DNA from: the human T2T-CHM13v2.0 reference genome, Homo sapiens
Length of the DNA: 64,000 bases
Assembly (NCBI RefSeq): GCF_009914755.1
Contig: NC_060933.1
Strand: one strand, 5' to 3'
Each line of letters starts with the position of its first letter. Position 1 is the first letter of the stretch. Of the stretch, positions 27,001 through 38,900 are shown piece after piece. The position numbers and the translations under genes were made by a program. The notes beneath the pieces are model-generated. The model made no database searches, was not told where the DNA came from, and was given only the letters and a program-made list of their open reading frames with translations.

Positions 27001-28649
27001 TGGATTGGAATATAATGGAGTGTAAGGGAATTGAATAGAATCAATCTGAATGTAATGAAATCGAATGGAACGGAATGGAATGGAATGGAATGCAATGGAA
27101 TGGAATGGAATGGAATGCAATGGAATGGAATCAACCCGAGTGCAATCGAATGGAATCGAATGGAATGGAATGCAATGGAATGGATTCAACTTGAATGGAA
27201 TGGAAAGAATGGAATCAACACGAGTGGAATGGCATGGATTGGAATGGAATGGAATGGAATCAACCCGAGTATAGGGGAATGGAATGGAATGGAATGCAGT
27301 GGAATGGAATCATCCGTAATGGAATGGAAAGGAATGGAATGGAATGGAATCAACTCGATTGCAATCGAATGGAATGGAATGCAATTAACCCGAATAGAAT
27401 GGAATGGAATGGAATGGAAAGGAACGGAATGGAATGGAATGGAATGGAATGGAATGGAATGGAATGGAATGGAGTGGAACGGAAAGGAAGGGAATGGAAT
27501 GGAATAGAATGGAATGGAATGGAATCAACGCGAGTGCTGGGGAATGGAATGGAATGGAATGCAATGGAATGGAATCTTCCGGAATGGAATGGAATGGAAT
27601 GGAATGGAATGGAATGGAATCAACCCGAGTGCAATGGAATGGAGTGGAATGGAATGGAATGGAATGGAACAACCCGAATGGAATGGAATATAACGGAGAG
27701 TAAGGGAGTTGAATAGAATCAATCCGAATGTAATGGAACGGAATGGAACGGAATGGAATTGGATGGAATAGAATGGAATGCAATGGAATGGAATCAACCG
27801 GAGTGCAATGGAATGGAGAGGAATGCAATGGAATGGAATGGAAACTACCCAAATGGAATGGAATGTAATGGAGTGTAAGGGAATTGAATAGAAACAATCC
27901 GAATGTAATGGAATGGAATGGAACGGAATGGAATGGAATGGAATGGAATGGAATGGAATGGAATGGAATGCAATGGAATGGAATCAACCCGAGTGCAATC
28001 GAATGGAATCGAATGGAATGGAATGCAATGGAATGGATTCAACTTGAATGGAATGGAAAGAATGGAATCAACACGAGTGGAATGGCATGGATTGGAATGG
28101 AATGGAATGGAATCAACCCGAGTACAGGGGAATGGAATGGAATGGAATGCAATGGAATGGAATAATCCGTAATGGAATGGAAAGGAATGGAATGGAATGG
28201 AATGGAATGGAATGGAATGGAATGGAATGGAATGGAATCAACTCGATTGCAATCGAATGGAATGGAATGGAATTAACCCGAATAGAATGGAATGGTACGG
28301 AACGGAATGGAATGGAATGGAATGGAATGGAATGGAATGGAATGGAATGGAATGGAATCAACGCGAGTGCAGGGGAATGGAATGGAATGGAATGCAATGG
28401 AATGGAATGGAATTAATTCGAATAGAATGGAATGGAATGGAATGGAACGGAATGGAACGGAATGGAACGGAATGGAATGGAATGGAATCAACCCGAGTGC
28501 AATGGAATGGAGTGGAATGGAATGGAATGGAATGGAACAACCCGAATGGAATGGAATGTAATGGAGAGTAAGGGAGTTGAATAGAATCAATCCGAATGTA
28601 ATGGAATGGAATGCAACGGAATGGAGTGGAATGGAATGGAAAGGAATGC

Positions 28650-30390
28650 AATGGAATTGAATCAACCCGAGTACAATGGAATGGAATGGAATGGAATGGA
28701 ATGGAATGGAATGGAATGGAATGGAATGGAATGATACGGAATAGAATGGAATGGAACGAAATGGAATGGAATGGAATGGAATGGAATGGAATGGAATGGA
28801 ATGGAATGGAATGGAATCGTTCCGAGTGGAATAGGAGGGAATGTATTCGAGTGGAATGGAAAGGAATGGTATCAACCAGAGTGGAATGGAAGGGAATGGA
28901 ATGGAATGGAAACTAATAGAATGGAATCAACCCGAGTGGAATGGAATGGAAAGGACTGGAATGGAATGGAATGGAATGGAATCAACTCGATTGTAATGGA
29001 ATGGAATGGAATGGAATGGAATGGAATGGAATGGAATTAACCCAAATACAATGGAATGGAATGGAATGGAACGGAATGGAGTGGAATGGAATGGAATCAA
29101 CCCGAGTGCAGGAGAATGGAATGGAATGGAATGCAATGGAATGGAATCATCCGGAATGGAATGGAATGGAATGGAATGCAAAGCAATGGAATCAACTCGA
29201 TTGCAATGGAATGGAATGGAATGGAAAGGAATACATTGGAATCAACCCGAGTGGAATGGAATGGAAAGGACTGGAATGGAGTGGAATGGAATGGAATGGA
29301 ATGGAATGGAATCAACTCGATTGGAATGGAATGGAATGGAATCAACCCGAGTACAGGGGAATGGAATGGAATGGAATGCAATGGAATGGAATAATCGGTA
29401 ATGGAATGGAAAGGAATGGAATGGAATGGAATGGAATGGAATGGAATGGAATGGAATGGAATCAACTCGATTGCAATCGAATGGAATGTAATGGAATTAA
29501 TCTGAATAGAATGGAATGGAATGGAATGGAACGGAACGGAATGGAATGGAATGGAATGGAATGGAATGGAATGGAATGGAATGGAATGGAACGGAACGGA
29601 ACGGAATGGATGGAATGGAATGGAATGGAATGGAATCAACGCGAGTGCAGGGGAATGGAATGGAATGGAATGTAATGGAATGGAATCTTCCGGAATGGAA
29701 TGGAATGGAATGGAATGAAATGCAATTTATTCAACTCGATTGCAAAGGAATGGAATAGAATGGAATGGAATGGAATGGAATGGAATGGAATGGAATGGAA
29801 TGCAATGGAATTGAATCAACCCGAGTACAATGGAATGGAATGGAATGGAATGGAATGGAATGGAATGGAATGGAATGGAATCGTTCCGAGTGGAATAGGA
29901 GGGAATGTATTCGAGTGGAATGGAAAGGAATGGTATCAACCAGAGTGGAATGGAAGGGAATGGAATGGAATGGAAACTAATAGAATGGAATCAACCCGAG
30001 TGGAATGGAATGGAAAGGATTGGAATGGAATGGAATGGAATGGAATCAACTCGATTGTAATGGAATGGAATGGAATGGAATGGAATGGAATGGAATGGAA
30101 TGGAATGGAATTAACCCGAATACAATGGAATGGAATGGAATGGAACGGAATGGAGTGGAATGGAATGGAATCAACCCGAGTGCAGGAGAATGGAATGGAA
30201 TGGAATGCAATGGAATGGAATCATCCGGAATGGAATGGAATGCAAAGCAATGGAATCAACTCGATTGAAATGGAATGGAATGGAATGGAAAGGAATACAT
30301 TGGAATCAACCCGAGTGGAATGGAATGGAAAGGACTGGAATGGAGTGGAATGGAATGGAATGGAATTGAATGGAATCAACTCGATTGGAA
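28650..30390 (+). repeat. About 1.07-kb spaced direct repeat (about 28650-29330 and about 29800-30390)
   Basis: ATCGTTCCGAG is at 28816/29880 (offset 1064). Both copies carry the GGTATCAACCAG and GCAGGAGAATGG variants. Confidence 0.8.
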
Positions 30391-33001
30391 TGGAATGGAA
30401 TGGAATGGAATGGAATTAACCCGAATAGAATGGAATGGAATGGAATGGAACGGAACGGAATGGAATGGAATGGAATGGAATGGAATAAACCCGAGTGCAA
30501 TGGAATGGAGTGGAATGGAATGGAATGGAATGGAACAACCCGAATGGAATGGAATGTAATGGATAGTAAGGGAGTTGAATAGAATCAATCCGAATGTAAT
30601 GGAATGGAATGGAACGGAATGGATTGAATGGAATGGAATGGAATGGAATCAACCCGAGTGCAGGGGAATGGAATGGAAAGGAATGCAATGGAATGGAATC
30701 ATCCGGAATGGAATGGAATGGAATGCAATGGAATGGAATGGAATGGAATCAACCCGAGTGCAATGGAATGGTGTGAAATGGAATGGAATGGAATGGAAAC
30801 AACCAGAATGGATTGGAATATAATGGAGTGTAAGGGAATTGAATAGAATCAATCTGAATGTAATGAAATGGAATGGAACGGAATGGAATGGAATGGAGTG
30901 GAATGGAATGGAATGCAATGGAATGGAATCAACCCGAGTGCAATCGAATGGAATCGAATGGAATGGAATGAAATGGAATGGATTCAACTTGAATGGAATG
31001 GAAAGAATGGAATCAACACGAGTGGAATGGCATGGATTGGAATGGAATGGAATGGAATCAACCCGAGTACAGGGGAATGGAATGGAATGGAATGCAATGG
31101 AATGGAATCATCCGTAATGGAATGGAAAGCAATGGAATGGAATGGAATGGAATGGAATGGAATGGAATGGAATGGAATGGAATGGAATGGAATGGAATCA
31201 ACTCGATTGCAATCGAATGGAATGGAATGGAATTAACCCGAATAGAATGGAATGGAATGGAATGGAACGGAACGGAATGGAATGGAATGGAATGGAATGG
31301 AATGGAACGGAACGGAACGGAATGGAATGGAATGGAATGGAATGGAATCAACGCGAGTGCAGGGGAATGGAATGGAATGGAATGGTATGGAATGGAATGG
31401 AATGGTACGGAATAGAATGGAATGGAACGAATTGTAATGGAATGGAATTGAATGGAATGGAATGGAATGGAACGGAATGGAACGGAATGGAATGGAATGG
31501 AATGGAATGGAATGGTATGGAATGGAATGGAATGGTACGGGATAGAATGGAATGGAGCGAATTGTAATGGAATGGAATTGAATGGAATGGAATGGAATGG
31601 AATGGAATCAACGCGAGTGCAGGGGAATGTAATGGAACGGAATGCAATGGAATGGAATCATCCGGAATGGAATGGAATGGAATGGAATGGAATGGAATCA
31701 ACCCGAGTGCAATGGAATGGAGTGGAATGGAATGGAATGGAATGGAATGGAACAACCCGAATGGAATGGAATGTAATGGAGAGTAAGGGAGTTGAATATA
31801 ATCAATCCGAATGTAATGGAATGGAATGCAACGGAATGGAATGGAATGGAATGGAATGGAATGCAATGGAATGGAATCAACCCGATTACAATGAAATGGA
31901 ATTTAATGGAATGGAATGGAATGGAATGGAATGGAATGGAATGCCTTCAAACCGAATGGAATGGAAAGGAATGGAATCAACACGAGTGGAATGGAATGGA
32001 ATGGAATGGAATGGAATGGAATGGAATGGTATGGAATGATACGGAATAGAATGGAATGGAACGAAATGGAATGGAATGGAATGGAATGGAATGGAATGGA
32101 ATGGAATCGTTCCGAGTGGAATAGGAGGGAATGTATTCGAGTGGAATGGAAAGGAATGGAATCAACCAGAGTGGAATGGAAGGGAATGGAATGGATTGGA
32201 AACTAATAGAATGGAATCAACCCGAGTGGAATGGAATGGAAAGGACTGGAATGGAAAGGAATGGAATGGAATGGAATGGAATGGAATGGAATGGAATGGA
32301 ATCAACGCGAGTGCAGGGGAATGGAATGGAATCGAATGGAATAGAATGGAATGGAATGGAATCAACCCGAGTGCAGGGGAATGTAATGGAACGGAATGCA
32401 ATGGAATGGAATCATCCGGAATGGAATGGAATGGAATGGAATGGAATCAACCCGAGTGCAATGGAATGGAGTGGAATGGAATGGAATGGAATGGAACAAT
32501 CCGAATGGAATGGAATGTAATGGAGAGTAAGGGAGTTGAAAAGAATCAATCCGAATGTAATGGAATGGAACGGAATGGAATGGAATGGAATGGAATGGAA
32601 TGGAATGGAATGGAATGCAATGGAATGGAATAAACCCGAGTACAATGGAATGGAATGGAATGGAATGGAATGGAATGGAATGATACGGAATAGAATGGAA
32701 CGGAACGAAATGGAATGGAATGGAACGGAATGGAATGGAATGGAATGGAATGGAATGGAATGGAATGGAATGGAATCGTTCCGAGTGGAATAGGAGGGAA
32801 TGTATTCGAGTGGAATGGAAAGGAATGGAATCAACCAGAGTGGAATGGAAGGGAATGGAATGGAATGGAAACTAATAGAATGGAATCAACCCGAGTGGAA
32901 TGGAATGGAAAGGACTGGAATAGAATGGAATGGAATGGAATCAACTCGATTGTAATGGAATGGAATGGAATGGAATGGAATGGAATGGAATGGAATGGAA
33001 T

Positions 33002-33079
33002 CAACCCGAGTGCAATGGAATGGAGTGGAATGGAATGGAACAACCCGAGTGCAATGGAATGGAGTGGAATGGAATGGAA
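33002..33079 (+). repeat. 39-bp perfect tandem duplication
   Basis: CAACCCGAGTGCAATGGAATGGAGTGGAATGGAATGGAA occurs at 33002-33040 and again at 33041-33079, followed by CAACCCGAAT at 33080. Confidence 0.9.
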
Positions 33080-33371
33080 CAACCCGAATGGAATGGAATG
33101 TAATGGAGAGTAAGGGAGTTGAATAGAATCAATCCGAATGTAATGGAATGGAATGGAACGGAATGGAATTGAATGGAATGGAATGGAATGCAATGGAATG
33201 GAATCAAACCGAGTGCAATGGAATGGAGAGGAATGGAATGGAATGGAATGGAAACTACCCGAATGGAATGCAATGTAATGGAGTGTAAGGGAATTGAATA
33301 GAATCAATCCGAATGTAATGGAATGGAATGGAACGGAATGGAATGGAATGGAATGGAATGGAATGGAATGG

Positions 33372-33520
33372 AATCAACCCGAGTGCAATCGAATGGAATC
33401 GAATGGAATGGAATGCAATGGAATGGATTCAACTTGAATGGAATGGAAAGAATGGAATCAACACGAGTGGAATGGCATGGATTGGAATGGAATGGAATGG
33501 AATCAACCCGAGTACAGGGG
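33372..33520 (+). repeat. pHuR98-like module (representative clean copy of about 47), suggesting the chr9q12 HSat3B5-type subfamily
   Basis: The sequence AATCAACCCGAGTGCAATCGAATGGAATCG...GGATTCAACTTGAATGGAATGGAAAGAATGGAATCAACACGAGTGGAATGGCATGGATTGG...CAACCCGAGTACAGGGG is seen directly. The match to the chr9 SatIII clone pHuR98 and its primer AATCAACCCGAGTGCAATCG is from memory and was not aligned. About 47 copies of the CAACTTG core were counted by eye (e.g. near 97, 1171, 2059, 3622 ... 62923). Confidence 0.7.
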
Positions 33521-35949
33521 AATGGAATGGAATGGAATGCAATGGAATGGAATCATCCGTAATGGAATGGAAAGGAATGGAATGGAATGGAATGGAATGG
33601 AATGGAATGGAATGGAATCAACTCGATTGCAATCGAATGGAATGGAATGGAATTAACCCGAATAGAATGGAATGGAATGGAATGGAACGGAACGGAATGG
33701 AATGGAATGGAATGGAATGGAATGGAACGGAACGGAATGGAATGGAATGGAATGGAATGGAATGGAATCAACGCGAGTGCAGGGGAATGGAATGGAATGG
33801 AATGCAATGGAATGGAATCTTCCGCAACGGAATGGAATGGAATGGAATGGAATGAAATGCAATGGATTCAACTCGATTGCAATGGAATGGAATAGAATGG
33901 AATGGAATTGAATGGAATGGAATTAATCCGAATAAAATGGAATGGAATGGAATGGAACGGAATGGAACGGAATGGAATGGAATGGAATGGAATGGAATGG
34001 TATGGAATGGAATGGAATGGTATGGAATAGAATGGAATGGAACGAATTGTAATGGAATGGAATGGAATGGAATGGAATGGAATGGAATGGAATCAACGCG
34101 AGTGCAGGGGAATGTAATGGAACGGAATGCAATGGAATGGAATCATCCGGAATGGAATGGAATGGAATGGAATGCAATAGAATCAACCCGAGTGCAATGG
34201 AATGGAGTGGAATGGAATGGAATGGAATGGAACAACCCGAATGGAATGGAATGTAATGGAGAGTAAGGGAGTTGAATGGAATGCAACGGAATGGAATGGA
34301 ATGGAATGGAATGGAATATAATGGAATGGAATGGAATGGAATGGAATGGAATGGAATGGAATGGAATTAACCCGAATACAATGGAATGGAATGGAATGGA
34401 ACGGAATGGAGAGGAATGGAATGGAATCAACCCGAGTGCAGGGGAATGGAATGGAATGGAATGTAATGGAATGGAATCATCCGGAATGGAATGGAATGCA
34501 AAGCAATGGAATCAACTCGATTGCAATGGAATGGAATGGAATGGAAAGGAATACCTTGGAATCAACCAGAGTGGAATGGAATGGAAAGGACTGGAATGGA
34601 GTGGAATGGAATGGAATGGAATGGAATCAACTCGATTGGAATGGAATGGAATGGAATGGAATGGAATGGATTAAACCCGAATAGAATGGAATGGAATGGA
34701 ATGGAACGGAAGGGAATGGAATGGAATGGAATGGAATGGAATGGAATGGAATCAACCCGACTGCAGGGGAATGGAATGGAATGGAATGCAATGGAATGGA
34801 TTCAACTTGAATGGAATGGAAAGAATGGAATCAACACGAGTGGAATGGCATGGATTGGAATGGAATGGAATGGAATCAACCCGAGTACAGGGGAATGGAA
34901 TGGAACGGAATGCAATGGAATGGAATGAAATGCAATGGAATGGAATCATGCGTAATGGAATGGAAAGGAATGGAATGGAATGGAATGGAATGGAATGGAA
35001 TCAACTCGATGGCAATCGAATGGAATGGAATGGAATTAACCCGAATAGAATGGAATGGAATGGAATGGAACGGAACGGAACGGAACGGAACGGAACGGAG
35101 TGGAATGGAATGGAATGGAATTGTATGGAATGGAATGGCATGGTACGGAATAGAATGGAATGGAAAGAATTGGAATGGAATGGAATCGAATGGAATGGAA
35201 TGGAATGGAATGGAATCAACCCGAGTGCAGGGGAATGTAATGGAACGGAATGCAATGGAATGGAATCATCCGGAATGGAATGGAATGGAATGGAATGGAA
35301 TGGAATGGAATCAACCCGAGTGCAATGGAATGGAGTGGAATGGAATGGAATGGAATGGAACAACCCGAATGGAATGGAATATAATGGAGAGTAAGGGAGT
35401 TGAATAGAATCAATCCGAATGTAATGGAATGGAACGGAATGGAATGGAATGCAATGGAATGGAATCAACCCGAGTACAATGGAAAGGAATGGAATGTAAT
35501 GTAATGTAATGTAATGGAATGGAATGCAATGAAATGGAATGGAATGGAATGGAATCAACCCGAGTGCAATGGAATGGAGAGGAATGGAATGGAATGGAAT
35601 GGAAACTACCCGAATGGAATGGAACGTAATGGAGTGTAAGGGAATTGAATAGAATCAATCCGAATGGAATGGAATGGAATGGAACGGAAAGTAATGGAAT
35701 GGAATGGAATGGAATCAACCCGAGTGCAGGGGAATGGAATGGAATGGAATGCAATGGAATGGAATCATCCGGAATGGAATGGAATGGAATGCAATGGAAT
35801 GGAATGGAATGGAATCAACCCGAGTGCAATGGAATGGAGTGAAATGGAATGGAATGGAATGGAAACAACCAGAATGGATTGGAAAATAATGGAGTGTAAG
35901 GGAATTGAAAAGAATCAATCTGAATGTAATGAAATGGAATGGAATGGAA

Positions 35950-38900
35950 TGCAATGGAATGGATTCAACTTGAATGGAAAGGAAAGAATGGAATCAACAC
36001 GAGTGGAATGGCATGGATTGGAATGGAATGGAATGGAATCAACCCGAGTACAGGGGAATGGAATGGAATGGAATGCAATGGAATGGAATCATCAGTAATG
36101 GAATGGAAAGGAATGGAAAGGACTGGAATGGAATGGAATGGAAGGGAATGGAATGGAATGGAATCAACTCGATTGCAATCGAATGGAATGGAATGGAATT
36201 AACCCGAATAGAATGGAATGGAATGGAATGGAACGGAACGGAACGGAACGGAATGGAATGGAATGGAATGGAACGGAAAGGAATGGAATGGAATGGAATG
36301 GAATGGAATGGAATGGAATGGAATGGAATGGAATCAACGCGAGTGCAGGGGAATGGAATGGAATCGAATGGAATGGAAAGGAATGGAATGGAATCAACCC
36401 GAGTGCAGGGGAATGTAATGGAACGGAATGCAATGGAATGGAATCATCCGGAATGGAATGGAATGGAATGGAATGGAATCAACCCGAGTGCAATGGAATG
36501 GAGTGGAATGGAATGGAATGGAATGGAACAACCCGAATGGAATGGAATGTAATGGAGAGTAAGGGAGTTGAAAAGAATCAATCCGAATGTAATGGAATGG
36601 AATGGAACGGAATGGAATGGAATGGAATGGAATGGAATGGAATGGAATGGAATGGAATGCAATGGAATGGAATCAACCCGAGTACAATGGAATGGAATGG
36701 AATGGAATGGAATGGAATGGAATGGAATGGAATGGAATTGTATGGAATGCAATGGAATGGTACGGAATAGAATGGAATGGAAAGAATAGGAATGGAATGG
36801 AATCGAATGGAATGGAATGGAATGGAATGGAATTAATTCGAATAGAATGGAATGGAATGGAATGGAACGGAATGGAACGGAATGGAATGGAATGCAATGG
36901 AATGGAATGGTATGGAATGGAATGGAATGGTATGGAATGGAATGGAATGTTATGGAATGGAATGGAATGGAAAGAATTGTAATGGAATGGAATGGAATGG
37001 AATGGAATGGAATGGAATGGAATCAACGCGAGTGCAGGGGAATGTAATAGAACGGAATGCAATGGAATGGAATCATCCGGAATGGAATGGAATGGAATGG
37101 AATGGAATGGAATGGAATGGAATGGAATCAACCCGAGTGCAATGGAATGGAGTGGAATGGAATGGAATGGAATGGAACAACCCGAATGGAATGTAATGTA
37201 ATGGAGAGTAAGGGAGTTGAATAGAATCAATCCGAATGTAATGGAATGGAATGCAACGGAATGGAATGGAATGGAATGGAATGGAATGCAATGGAATTGA
37301 ATCAACCCGAGTACAATGGAATGGAATGGAATGGAATGGAATGGAATGGAATGGAATGGAATGATACGGAATAGAATGGAATGGAACGAAATGGAATGGA
37401 ATGGAATGGAATGGAATGGAATGGAATCGTTCCGAGTGGAATAGGAGGGAATGTATTCGAGTGGAATGGAAAGGAATGGAATCAACCAGAGTGGAATGGA
37501 AGGGAATGGAATGGAATGGAAACTAATAGAATGGAATCAACCCGAGAGTAATGGAATGGAAAGGACTGGAATGGAATGGAATGGAATGGAATCAACTCGA
37601 TTGTAATGGAATGGAATGGAATGGAATGGAATGGAATGGAATGCAATTAACCCGAATACAATGCAATGGAATGGAATGGAACGGAATGGAGTGGAATGGA
37701 ATGGAATCAACCCGAGTGCAGGGGAATGGAATGGAATGGAATGCAATGGAATGGAATCATCCGGAATGGAATGGAATGGAATGGAATGCAAAGCAATGGA
37801 ATCAACTCGATTGCAATGGAATGGAATGGAATGGAAAGGAATACATTGGAATCATCCCGAGTGGAATGGAATGGAAAGGACTGGAATGGAGTGGAATGGA
37901 ATGGAATGGAATCGAATGGAATCAACTCGATTGGAATGGAATGGAATGGAAATGGAATGGAATTAACCCGAATAGAAAGGAATGGAATGGAATGGAACGG
38001 AACGGAACGGAATGGAATGGAATGGAATGGAATGGAATGGAATGGAAACAACCCGACTGCAGGGGAATGGAATGGAATGGAATGCAATGGAATGGATTCA
38101 ACTTGAATGGAATGGAAAGAATGGAATCAACACGAGTGGAATGGCATGGATAGGAATGGAATGGAATGGAATCAACCCGAGTACAGGGGAATGGAATGGA
38201 AAGGAATGCAATGGAATGGAATCATCCGTAATGGAATTGCAAGGAATGGAACGGAATGGAATTGAATGGAATGTAATGGAATGCAATAGAATGGAATCAA
38301 CCCGAGTGCAATGGAATGGAGAGGAATTGAATGGAATGGAATGGAAACTACCCGAATGGAATGGAATGTAATGGAGTGTAAGGGAATTGAATAGAATCAA
38401 TCCGAATGTAATGGAATGGAATGGAACGGAATGGAATGGTATGGAATGGAATGGAATTGAATGGAATGGAATGCAATGGAATGCAATCAACCCGAGTGCA
38501 ATCAAATGGAATCGAATGGAATGGAATGCAATGGAATGGATTCAACTTGAATGGAATGGAAAGAATGGAATCAACACGAGTGGAATGGCATGGATTGGAA
38601 TGGAATGGAATGGAATCAACACGAGTACAGGGGAATGGAATGGAATGGAATGCAATGGAATGGAATCATCCGTAATGGAATGGAAAGGAATGGAATGGAA
38701 TGGAATGGAATGGAATGGAATGGAATCAACTCGATTGAAATCGAATGGAATGGAATGGAATTAACCCGAATACAATGGAATGGAATGGAATGGAATGGAA
38801 CGGAACGGAATGGAATGGAATGGAATGGAATGGAATGGAACGGAACGGAACGGAATGGGTGGAATGGAATGGAATGGAATGGAATGGAATGGAATCAACG

